Shown piece by piece: positions 1 through 7,817 of a stretch of 14,005 bases of DNA. The stretch lies in UHGV virus genome UHGV-1657810; one strand, given 5' to 3'. The notes beneath the pieces are model-generated. The model was given only the letters and a program-made list of their open reading frames with translations, was not told the DNA's origin and did no database searches. A program made the translations under genes and the position numbers. Each line of letters opens with the position of its first letter. Position 1 is the first letter of the stretch. This DNA is from a virus.

Positions 1-528
1 TTGCTTATTAGCCAATACGTATGCGGCGTTGTCGCCATACAATGCTGCGGAATTTTTACCATTGTTCAGCAGCGTAGCCTGAAACTGGCCTTCTTCGTAG
101 GCATTTATTTGCCCTATCTCGTGCCGCCCTGCCTGCGTAGTGAACTGAATGCGCTGCTGCTGCGCCTGCTGCATGAAAGCATTACGAGCCTGTTCATCCG
201 GCAGCGACATAGCCAGTTGTTCGACCTGAGCATCAAACTGCTGCGTATACTCCTGACCTTTTCCAATAGCATTTTTCCCTTTCAGGTTAAGCAATCCTGT
301 TTCAGGATTATTCAGCAGATCACTGCTTATCTGACTGAGGTTAAGAGATGCCTCCTGAGCCAGAGCGATATTGGCACGCTGTTTTGCCTGACCAAAAACA
401 TCAATTGCCTCTGTCCCTGCCCGAACAAAAGCATCACCAATACCTGGCTGAGAAAACGTCTGCAAGCCTGCTGACTGAACTCCACGGCTCTGAACCTGAC
501 GGCCGGATACTGTTGGTACGACTGGCAT
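1..528 (-). CDS. Internal virion / ejection protein (T7 gp15-like by position), N-terminal 176 aa; 3' end lies beyond the left edge
   Basis: I translated the minus strand myself: ATG at 528..526 overlaps the stop of the upstream gene (TAATG), and the frame is open for 176 codons to position 1 (MPVVPTVSGRQVQSRGVQSAGLQTF...). It is absent from the ORF track only because it has no stop in the window. Product assigned by synteny after the gp12/gp13/gp14-like genes. Confidence 0.5.
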   Translation of the reverse strand, partial: MPVVPTVSGRQVQSRGVQSAGLQTFSQPGIGDAFVRAGTEAIDVFGQAKQRANIALAQEASLNLSQISSDLLNNPETGLLNLKGKNAIGKGQEYTQQFDAQVEQLAMSLPDEQARNAFMQQAQQQRIQFTTQAGRHEIGQINAYEEGQFQATLLNNGKNSAALYGDNAAYVLANKQ

Positions 529-1073
529 TATAATCCTCCGGGTAATCTGGTTCCTGCTGCTGCCCCGATTGGCGCAGGGGTGCTTTGAGTAAACGGACTC
601 CACGTCCCACCAAACATCTGGTACGCACCGTATGCCTTCAGAGGCGCAGTGAGCAATGTTGTTGCTGCTCCCACATTCCCCTGTTTACGGACTGAACTGG
701 CTTCTGCTTTATAGTTGGCAGCCTGAACCTGATAACCGTAAGCCTCGCGTTGCGCGTTATTCACCGTCGTCAGAGAATCAAGAGCGCCAAACTGGGCAGT
801 GTCGCCAAATATATCCAGCGCGTTACCTGTAGATAAATCAGCGCCGGTAGCCCCCATTGTCGCCGCCTGTGTACCAAGCCGCTGTCGGGTCTCTCTGCGC
901 CGTTGCTCAGCTTCAGCGTTACCTCTGTTTATTGCATCATTTGCCTGAGCTGTGGCTATATCTGCGTTCGCTTCTGCAACCTTCGAGGCATACTTTCCCT
1001 GTTGGTACTGGGTGTATGCCTGAATGCCACTCATGGCGAGCATTGCGCCACCAGCAATAACCGGATCGCACAT
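528..1073 (-). CDS. Internal virion protein B-like (T7 gp14-like), 181 aa
   Basis: ORF 528..1073 starts MCDPVIAGGAMLAMSGIQAY, a hydrophobic N-terminus followed by an Ala/Gln-rich helical region, which resembles my recollection of T7 gp14. ATG overlaps the upstream stop (TAATG). Position is directly after the gp13-like gene. Confidence 0.55.
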   Translation of the reverse strand: MCDPVIAGGAMLAMSGIQAYTQYQQGKYASKVAEANADIATAQANDAINRGNAEAEQRRRETRQRLGTQAATMGATGADLSTGNALDIFGDTAQFGALDSLTTVNNAQREAYGYQVQAANYKAEASSVRKQGNVGAATTLLTAPLKAYGAYQMFGGTWSPFTQSTPAPIGAAAGTRLPGGL

Positions 1074-1537
1074 TATTTTCTCTCCATGTGAAATCTGTGG
1101 AAATTAAGACCAAGAGCACCATAAGGCGCGGCTTCTTCAAGCCTGAATCCAAGCCAGTGCAGCCATGCTTTGGCAACATGGTTTCGCTCGTCGACATAGT
1201 TTTCCAGGCGCGGATAAACTGCCAGCATCTGCTGCAATACCGGGCGGCAGTGGCGAAGAAATGTCTTCTGATATTTTTCAATACGGCTGGTTCCGACCAG
1301 CCAGGGCGTACCATTGCCACCGATCATTGACGCCGGAGATACGCCAAACATGGTTACCAGTTCTCCGTTCGCAAATCCTGACCAGGCCATAGTCGCAGTA
1401 CGCAGACCAACACGCAGCGCATCTTCGGTAGTCATCAGTGATACCGCATACAGTTCGTCAATATCAGCCTGACGAACATCCGGCAAAATCATCTGAAGAT
1501 GCTCTTCGGTGGCGGGAATAATTCGAACATCGATCAT
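1073..1537 (-). CDS. Putative internal virion protein A-like (gp13 position), 154 aa
   Basis: ORF with ATG at 1537 overlapping the stop of the tail tube B gene (TGATG). Located between the gp12-like and gp14-like genes. No motif recognised; call is by synteny only. Confidence 0.4.
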   Translation of the reverse strand: MIDVRIIPATEEHLQMILPDVRQADIDELYAVSLMTTEDALRVGLRTATMAWSGFANGELVTMFGVSPASMIGGNGTPWLVGTSRIEKYQKTFLRHCRPVLQQMLAVYPRLENYVDERNHVAKAWLHWLGFRLEEAAPYGALGLNFHRFHMERK

Positions 1538-4008
1538 CAGAATCCCCCAACAGTAAGGCGAGGAATAACGGCAAGAACAGACAGCGGCAACGGGTCAAGC
1601 TGACGGATTTTTACACGTCCGTTTTTGCCCCAGTTACTGTCCAGTTTCACTTCTACTTTTCCGGTAGCATCATCAACAGGATCATCGTAGAACTCGAATT
1701 CACGCTGTGGATATTCGTACCATTTACCGCCGGGCGTAGTCGCCCAGATGCCGCGACTGGCATTCACAACCAGAGTAACGGAGGGGGTTACCTGTTTTTT
1801 ATCCAGCAGCGTTTCCTGTCCGTTAATGTTGATATCCAGTGTTTCGAATTCAGCAGTTATTGGCAGGCCGATGTGCACTACAGCCCCCGGAGATTCCAGC
1901 GTGACGGCACCTCCGGAAACCACTTTCTGTGGTTCCACGTTCGCATCAGAGAGAATGTTTACGGCCTGGCCTTCAAGATGAGACAGGCCTCCAAATGTCC
2001 GGCGCGCCATCTGCCAGTTCGTGGTGGCCACACTCCTGAGGGATGGCGGGACGTTCCTGTTAGCACGAACCACTACAGCGGTATTGCTGGTTACAGAAAT
2101 AATGTCGCAACGTAATTCTTTTGACACTTCATCGCCAGTATCAGGAACAGTTCCGGTATAAGGGAACTGTAGTTGCGCGCCGACATCACTACTGGTGAAG
2201 TACGCACCACCAGAAACACTGATTGTATATTCCGCACGGTAATCCCATTCACCAGAACCACCAGTGATGGTCATCGTTCTGTCAGACGTATTTCTTCCAT
2301 CATAGCTAAGGCCAGAATCAACAAAGAAAGCATCTTCATCGCTGGTAAATAAACGGCTGGACAGCCGCTCGATGTATCTCACTGTTTGCCCGTTAACGGT
2401 TCGGTTAACGACGAAATACACCGCATCTTCATTTCCTTCGCTGATACTGCATGTGCTTTCATATTTTCCGGTACTGGACTGTGGTGCCCATGCAAAAACC
2501 TGTTGATCACGCAAATAGGTCATCACCAGTAATTTACCGTCATCACGAATGCAGAAGGCGCTGGAGTAAGGGACAATAGAGAAGCACCAGTCAACGATGC
2601 TGTGCTTCTGAAAAAGATGATTAGCAAGGATGGTCAGGTCGTTCCCCTGATAGCCGTCAACATCGAATGAGTAGGCCAGATCACGGACAACACTGCCTTT
2701 CTCCTGGACGAACAGAGCAATATTCGCCACGGCAATTGGTGGGACATTGCTCGAGCCATTTGATCCCTGAGAGCTGAATGCAAATGATGATGGGGTTAAT
2801 ACTTTGTTCTGGTCGCCGGTGATGACGTACTCACCTCCGGAAGTCAGCGCCACCAGCGAACCAACATCAATCAGGTGGCGGATCTCATTAACCTGACGCC
2901 CGGCATAGGTGTAGATAATTCTGTCGTCATCCTGCGTAGGATTGCTTTTGCCAAAATCCTTATAATCCCCGGTACGGCTGGCCCAGATAGTCTGAGGGAA
3001 CGCAGTCGATGCGGCGAAGTAAAGACGTTGTTGATAATAAACAACAGTGCCAGGATAACCATTAACACTGTTCCAGGCATATTTAGCCCATTTATAGCTG
3101 GCATTATCCTCGCCAACGACCTGCGAAGGGATATAGGAAATCACCTCGGCAGTTGCAGTAGTTCCATTTGCAGCAGTGATACGGGCAATGCCAAAACCAC
3201 TGTGCAGATATTCCCACTCAATACCAGTATCATCATCACCGGATCCGCCCCAGCCATCCCATGATGTGCCTTCTGTATGCGAAGGGCGCAAAGTACCTGT
3301 TTTGCCTGCTGTAACGGCGCGATAGTAGTTACTGTCTGCACGGCGAATATCGCCAATCGACGTACTCTTACTGGTTTCCCATACCGGCACTGAATCCACT
3401 GCAGGCTGTTCCAGATAGAACAATTTGCCTACCTGCTCCGCGCCAAAAATAGAGGCGCTTGCCGTTAACGTAATTGTCCCGGTGCTGGCGCTGGCATAAA
3501 CCGTCACTGACTCGTCAATATTGATATCTTCAAATGGTCCGTTCTTCGTTACCACATCAACCAGTTGCCAGTTGTCATGCGCATAGCGACGCAACTCTTT
3601 CGGCGGGTATGCCGGATGAACAAGCGTAAGCACGTCTGCGCTTTGCGTGAATTTAATTCGGAACAGATCGGCTTCAGTATATGGCGTGGCAATTTCATAA
3701 ATAACATTGCTGCTGTTCAGCACCAACGCACCATCTTTGATAACGCGCATGTACTGGTGTCCGAACTCCAGAGCATAAGTCTGAACCGTCGAGAACTGGA
3801 ACGGGATCAGGCGGCATTTCCGATTTGGGTATTTGGCGGCACCGACAAAACGCGTACCAGGTCGATTCTCAACGCCGCCATACTGCCGCACGATAAAGTT
3901 ATCGCACTTGCGCAATGCCACCTGGTACTTCGCCATGTCGATACGACCGTACAACGACGGTCCAATCTCACCACCAGCAAAGCTGGGCTGGATCCAACTG
4001 ATAGCCAT
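1537..4008 (-). CDS. Tail tubular protein B (T7 gp12-like), 823 aa
   Basis: 823-aa ORF. The N-terminus MAISWIQPSFAGGEIGPSLYGR resembles the recalled T7 gp12 N-terminus (MALISQSIKNLKGGISQQPDIL). Size class about 800 aa, directly downstream of a roughly 200-aa gp11-like gene. ATG at 4008 overlaps the upstream stop; RBS GAGG about 10 nt upstream. Confidence 0.7.
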   Translation of the reverse strand: MAISWIQPSFAGGEIGPSLYGRIDMAKYQVALRKCDNFIVRQYGGVENRPGTRFVGAAKYPNRKCRLIPFQFSTVQTYALEFGHQYMRVIKDGALVLNSSNVIYEIATPYTEADLFRIKFTQSADVLTLVHPAYPPKELRRYAHDNWQLVDVVTKNGPFEDINIDESVTVYASASTGTITLTASASIFGAEQVGKLFYLEQPAVDSVPVWETSKSTSIGDIRRADSNYYRAVTAGKTGTLRPSHTEGTSWDGWGGSGDDDTGIEWEYLHSGFGIARITAANGTTATAEVISYIPSQVVGEDNASYKWAKYAWNSVNGYPGTVVYYQQRLYFAASTAFPQTIWASRTGDYKDFGKSNPTQDDDRIIYTYAGRQVNEIRHLIDVGSLVALTSGGEYVITGDQNKVLTPSSFAFSSQGSNGSSNVPPIAVANIALFVQEKGSVVRDLAYSFDVDGYQGNDLTILANHLFQKHSIVDWCFSIVPYSSAFCIRDDGKLLVMTYLRDQQVFAWAPQSSTGKYESTCSISEGNEDAVYFVVNRTVNGQTVRYIERLSSRLFTSDEDAFFVDSGLSYDGRNTSDRTMTITGGSGEWDYRAEYTISVSGGAYFTSSDVGAQLQFPYTGTVPDTGDEVSKELRCDIISVTSNTAVVVRANRNVPPSLRSVATTNWQMARRTFGGLSHLEGQAVNILSDANVEPQKVVSGGAVTLESPGAVVHIGLPITAEFETLDININGQETLLDKKQVTPSVTLVVNASRGIWATTPGGKWYEYPQREFEFYDDPVDDATGKVEVKLDSNWGKNGRVKIRQLDPLPLSVLAVIPRLTVGGF

Positions 4009-4613
4009 CAGGACAACCTCGCAATGGTAAACTCGTCAACCGGTGGCTGTGGTTCCTGTGATTCATTCTGGCTATGCGAACCAGCACTAAGAATCACGCG
4101 ATTGTACATATTGAGAGCAAATGTACCGAGATCCGCATTCCCAGTCAGCGCCATGTTAATGGCTGCCGCAAGACGCCAGGCCAGCGCCTCCATAAAAATG
4201 GCATCAAACATGTTCACATCTGAAACGCGAGAGACATACTTGAGCCATGCCTGCGGCTGGTCTGTATAGATCAATTTTCCTGTTCCGTTGGTGTCTGCAC
4301 CAACTTCGTACTGAACGCGCATTGCTGCTGTTGGATTGCGTACACCAGGAAGCATAATTTCAGTAATGCGCAGACAATCGGACGGGTACTGGTACGCATA
4401 TTCCCAGTCAGGCGGTGGATTGCTCGTATCTGCAAGCGCCACGCGTTTGGTAGCAAAGTTCCAGTCAAAATCAGAAAGCACAGCATCACGGCAGGCCTCA
4501 AAGTGCAGCGAACATTCCCCCGCTTCCTTGCTGGCTTCCGTCAGGCTGTTAATGCTGCGGCTATTGCCAATATTGGACAGCGCACGATTACAGATCTCTA
4601 CTACAGAGGCCAT
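4008..4613 (-). CDS. Tail tubular protein A (T7 gp11-like), 201 aa
   Basis: ORF 4008..4616 in the track. I prefer the ATG at 4613, preceded by GGAGGTGA with 5-nt spacing; the track start at 4616 is GTG. The N-terminal segment ALSNIGNSRSINSLTE is reminiscent of the T7 gp11 N-terminal region as I recall it. Size about 200 aa, immediately before the gp12-like gene. Confidence 0.6.
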   Translation of the reverse strand: MASVVEICNRALSNIGNSRSINSLTEASKEAGECSLHFEACRDAVLSDFDWNFATKRVALADTSNPPPDWEYAYQYPSDCLRITEIMLPGVRNPTAAMRVQYEVGADTNGTGKLIYTDQPQAWLKYVSRVSDVNMFDAIFMEALAWRLAAAINMALTGNADLGTFALNMYNRVILSAGSHSQNESQEPQPPVDEFTIARLS

Positions 4614-4936
4614 CACTCACCTCCGTTACCGTACAGAGTTTCAGCCGCTGATTTTTCTACATCCCCGGAAACAGGAGCGATCGCCATATCAGTGATCTGC
4701 AGATCGGCGCTGCGATTAACACCATCGTCAGTTTCTCTGGCAGACAGGCCTCGAATAACAGCCTTTGCAGTTATCATCACTTCTGTTCCGACGCCCTGAG
4801 GTTGCGCCTTCAGCTTATTCAATGTGTCGTTATTAAGAGTGATGCACAGCCCCCACGGGTATTCATCGCGAGTTCTGGTTTCTCCGCTCTCATCCTGGTA
4901 GCTGTCAGTGCCGGTTTTGAGGTTTACGAGTTCCAT
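4613..4936 (-). CDS. Hypothetical virion protein, 107 aa (possible head-tail adaptor or head completion protein)
   Basis: ORF 4613..4942 in the track. Likely start is the ATG at 4936 (MELVNLKTG...), preceded by GGAG about 8 nt upstream; the track start at 4942 is GTG. Stop overlaps the tube A start. No recognisable motif. Confidence 0.5.
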   Translation of the reverse strand: MELVNLKTGTDSYQDESGETRTRDEYPWGLCITLNNDTLNKLKAQPQGVGTEVMITAKAVIRGLSARETDDGVNRSADLQITDMAIAPVSGDVEKSAAETLYGNGGE

Positions 4937-4945
4937 ATACACTCC

Positions 4946-4970
4946 TGCAATAAAGGGGCCGAAGCCCCTT
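4946..4970 (-). terminator. Intrinsic terminator-like hairpin inside the late operon (minus-strand sense)
   Basis: On the minus strand: AGGGGC-UUCG-GCCCCU (6-bp GC stem, UUCG tetraloop) followed by UUAUUG, 15-20 nt downstream of the stop of the 111-aa gene and just upstream of the next gene's RBS. Confidence 0.55.
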
Positions 4971-4986
4971 GTCGGATTCGCGAGGC

Positions 4987-5322
4987 TTACACGCCCAGTT
5001 CTTTACGCTTATCTGCGATCTTCTCGCGGATCGTTTCGGCTTTAGCGTTATGGTGTGGCTTCTCGTTAAAGAGCAATTCGTACTCTTCACGGAGCTTATC
5101 CAGTTCACCATCATCTGACACATCGTTGATGATTTTGGTGCTGGTTGCTGCCATAGACACCTTTCCTGCTACCTTTGCTTTTGCCTGTCTGGCTGCATCG
5201 TTAACAGGTTCCAGTGCGCTACCAGGCTCACCTTCGTATTCGATTTCTGCCCCCTCCTGCCACAGTGTGTTATGGATATGAGAGAGGCGCAGAACGCGGT
5301 ATCTTGGTTTCTTACCTGACAT
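4987..5322 (-). CDS. Hypothetical protein, 111 aa, charged and helical
   Basis: ORF 4987..5331 in the track (GTG start). I prefer the ATG at 5322 (MSGKKPRYRV...), preceded by AAGGTGA. Followed by the terminator hairpin. No motif recognised. Confidence 0.5.
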   Translation of the reverse strand: MSGKKPRYRVLRLSHIHNTLWQEGAEIEYEGEPGSALEPVNDAARQAKAKVAGKVSMAATSTKIINDVSDDGELDKLREEYELLFNEKPHHNAKAETIREKIADKRKELGV

Positions 5323-5332
5323 CGATATCACC

Positions 5333-5770
5333 TTAACCAGTTACTTTTGAGCGGATCGGGTACGGCGTATTGGCATCAACATCCAGACTGATACCCGCAG
5401 TGAATTTGCCGGCCGTTAGTGGGCCAGTTGCGACGGAGTAGTTAACACGCAGATATCGCTGAACACCGGCAGGCACCTTTGCAGAAACAACTCGTTTACC
5501 TGCTGTCAGGGTAGCCTTTGCCAGTGCGCCACTATCATAAATAGTGGACCATGAGCTGTTATTCTCACTCGTCTGCAACTGGATGTTTACAGTTGCCTCA
5601 CCACTTGCCGTGGCGGCTTCGTTAACCAGCACCCAAAACTCAAGCGGGTAACCCACACCGATATCGCGACGGTTTCCGTCAATTGGACCGAGATCGATTA
5701 CGTCAGTAGAAGCCGCGGTATCAGTTACCGCCTGTGCTTCGGAGAACATCAACAGTTTGTCGGTGATCAT
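5333..5770 (-). CDS. Hypothetical virion protein, 145 aa (possible capsid decoration or Ig-like surface protein)
   Basis: ORF immediately downstream of the major capsid gene. ATG at 5770 preceded by GGAG about 9 nt upstream. Ser/Thr/Ala/Gly-rich composition typical of beta-rich structural proteins. Functional call is by position only. Confidence 0.45.
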   Translation of the reverse strand: MITDKLLMFSEAQAVTDTAASTDVIDLGPIDGNRRDIGVGYPLEFWVLVNEAATASGEATVNIQLQTSENNSSWSTIYDSGALAKATLTAGKRVVSAKVPAGVQRYLRVNYSVATGPLTAGKFTAGISLDVDANTPYPIRSKVTG

Positions 5771-5785
5771 CTTCTTTCTCCATTA

Positions 5786-5805
5786 GTGGGCCTGTTGCGG
5801 CCCAC
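5786..5805 (-). other. Stable hairpin between the major capsid gene and the next gene (no U-tract)
   Basis: GTGGGCC-(6 nt loop)-GGCCCAC, a perfect 7-bp GC-rich stem located 17 nt after the MCP stop. On the minus strand it is followed by UAAUGGAGAAAG (not U-rich), so it is not a canonical intrinsic terminator. Confidence 0.4.
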
Positions 5806-5821
5806 AGGTTAATAACAGGCG

Positions 5822-6808
5822 TTACACCACGCGGGCTTCTGTTTCCAGAAGTGCGTCAGTTTCACGGATTGGTACACCACGGAATGAAGTCCACCACTCG
5901 CCTTCAGTCTCTTTTACGCTGATAGCCAGAGATGTTTTCTCCAGAGACTGTAGATCAAGAGCCTGGCCTACAGTGCGGTTCATGTAGAACACCGGGCGGC
6001 CCATGCCACGGTTTGGAATGCGATGCAGTGCTTTAACCATCAACTTCGCAATATTTGCGGCAGAGGAAGGTTCTGAAAGATTGCTGACATCGATGTTTGC
6101 AATGCGAACAACATAACGCCAGTCACGCAGAGCAAGTCCGTTGTCCCATTTGTAATGGGTACGGTAGCCTTCGTACTTGCCGCCATTCGCATCTTCCAGT
6201 GTCACCTGGCCTTTATCTTCCATCTGGATGCCAGCCTTCTGCCCTTTCGGGAAGATGCCATGCACGGTGTTTTCGCCCCACACCACTAACCAGATTGAGG
6301 TGTTATCTGTACCCGTGCCACCAGCATCAATAATGTTCTGAGCATTACCCGCAGACAGGCTGGAATAGCGGGAGGACAATCCCATAAACTGCTGAGGGTT
6401 AACGCTGGAATCACCATAAAACAACGTCTGCGCCATCTGCTGATTCATCGCTTCAATAAATGCGCGGTCTTCAGACAGGCGGAATTCGGCGGTATTACCG
6501 TTCAGATCAGCCAGTGACTTATCGACTTCAGCATAGGTTTCCAACATGCCAACGGAATCGGTGACCTGCACTGTGGTTGATTTGCTTGGCTGTACGCCAT
6601 AGTTCAGCAAACGCCAGGTAGCTGAAGGTAAACCAGAACGAATGGTGGTTCGGTGTCCGGTAGGAAGGTTCCCTTCGACAAAAGGCATATCCTGAAGGAT
6701 CGGGTTTGTTTGACCGAGAAGCTCGATAATCTTATCGACTTTCCCGTTTGGATCGACGCGCTTACCCCAGTCAGCCAGCGTTAGCGCAGTTAAGCCTTTA
6801 ACAGCCAT
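5822..6808 (-). CDS. Major capsid protein, 328 aa
   Basis: 330-aa ORF in the track, directly downstream of the scaffold gene and upstream of small structural genes. I prefer the second ATG at 6808 (MAVKGL...) because GAGAGGAA lies 7 nt upstream of it and is too close to the ATG at 6814. Size and position match T7-type/HK97-fold capsid proteins. Confidence 0.8.
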   Translation of the reverse strand: MAVKGLTALTLADWGKRVDPNGKVDKIIELLGQTNPILQDMPFVEGNLPTGHRTTIRSGLPSATWRLLNYGVQPSKSTTVQVTDSVGMLETYAEVDKSLADLNGNTAEFRLSEDRAFIEAMNQQMAQTLFYGDSSVNPQQFMGLSSRYSSLSAGNAQNIIDAGGTGTDNTSIWLVVWGENTVHGIFPKGQKAGIQMEDKGQVTLEDANGGKYEGYRTHYKWDNGLALRDWRYVVRIANIDVSNLSEPSSAANIAKLMVKALHRIPNRGMGRPVFYMNRTVGQALDLQSLEKTSLAISVKETEGEWWTSFRGVPIRETDALLETEARVV

Positions 6809-6822
6809 TGTCATTTCCTCTC

Positions 6823-7518
6823 TTATTTGCCATAGAGCACTTCGGCCGCACTACGCTGGCCTTCATTACCACCGGTGACCATGCCATCTTCAGACATCGC
6901 CTTTCCGATTTTCACGAACGTTTTGACCAGATCAGGGTGATTACCCAGCCCGGTGGTGTTCAGATATTCTTTGAGTTCAGGTGTCCCGAACTGGTCAAGC
7001 GCACGCTGTGCGACGCTAAGGTTAGAAATCAACTTGTCGCCACCGATTTCTTTGTCAGCTTTTACATCCGCAGCCCACTGCTCGGTTGTTTTCTGCCAGG
7101 CTTCTGCCTGGCGCTGCTGAACACCTGCCAGAATCTTCGGATAAGCATCAACCAGCTTTTGCGCTTGCTCGTTGGTCAGGTTAAGTTCTCGCGCCACCGG
7201 CTCGAATTCCTTCAACGCTTCTGTATCCAGCTCTACGCCTTCGGCAGCATGAAATTCGTACTTCTCCGGCGCACCATCTGGTTTATCGCCGTCCTTTTTT
7301 TCACCCTGTTTATCGTTTTCAGATTTTTTTTCATCATCAGGTTTATCGACATCAACAACAGGTTGTGGCTTATCACCTTCCTGTTGTGATGGATCACCAG
7401 CTGGAGCAGGGTTATCACCTGCATGCGCTGACGGTTCTGACGCAGCCGGAGCTGCCCCACCATCGACTTGTTGCTCATTGCAAAGACGGCGATACAGCAA
7501 ACGCTCAAATAAATTCAT
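6823..7518 (-). CDS. Scaffolding protein, 231 aa
   Basis: Acidic, low-complexity, Ala/Gln/Glu/Lys-rich predicted helical protein (PAPAGDPSQQEGDKPQ...DDEKKSENDKQGEKKDGDK) located between portal and major capsid. ATG at 7518 with GGAGTG SD 5 nt upstream; the track start at 7524 is GTG. Confidence 0.6.
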   Translation of the reverse strand: MNLFERLLYRRLCNEQQVDGGAAPAASEPSAHAGDNPAPAGDPSQQEGDKPQPVVDVDKPDDEKKSENDKQGEKKDGDKPDGAPEKYEFHAAEGVELDTEALKEFEPVARELNLTNEQAQKLVDAYPKILAGVQQRQAEAWQKTTEQWAADVKADKEIGGDKLISNLSVAQRALDQFGTPELKEYLNTTGLGNHPDLVKTFVKIGKAMSEDGMVTGGNEGQRSAAEVLYGK

Positions 7519-7520
7519 GA

Positions 7521-7817
7521 TCACTCCTGTTCACTGGCCTCTTTGGCCATCTTCAAATACTGTTCAGGGCAATGCGCCATAACGCGCTGAAACAGTTCCA
7601 GCGCCAGATTGCGTTGCCCCTCATTAAATGCCATTGCCATAGCGTCCATCGGTGAGATAGCGGAAAACACACGGCCTTTCTCCAGCACCGACCAGACAAC
7701 GCGACGTCCCTGTTCACTGCTCATGACAAAGCGAATGTCATCAATTTCACGCTGCGCCATGTCACGTTGCTTACGGGCGTTTTCTTCTTTCAGTTGATCG
7801 TCTTCGTAATCTGTCAT
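7521..7817 (-). CDS. Hypothetical protein, 98 aa, between portal and scaffold
   Basis: ATG at 7817 overlaps the portal stop (ATGA). Charged helical protein; no motif recognised. Confidence 0.5.
   Translation of the reverse strand: MTDYEDDQLKEENARKQRDMAQREIDDIRFVMSSEQGRRVVWSVLEKGRVFSAISPMDAMAMAFNEGQRNLALELFQRVMAHCPEQYLKMAKEASEQE

Noticed and set aside
1-474. 157-aa plus-strand ORF at the left edge (track starts with TTG)
   Set aside because: Antisense to a minus-strand frame that is open from 528 to the edge and translationally coupled to the upstream gene. Cys/Leu-rich junk composition.
3565-4269. 234-aa plus-strand ORF
   Set aside because: Lies antisense to the tail tube A/B genes, spans their junction, has no RBS and a junk-like composition. 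Shadow ORF of the minus-strand coding frame.
6808-7389. 193-aa plus-strand ORF
   Set aside because: Antisense to the scaffold gene; Phe/Leu/Ile-rich low-complexity translation of the complement of an acidic gene. Shadow ORF.
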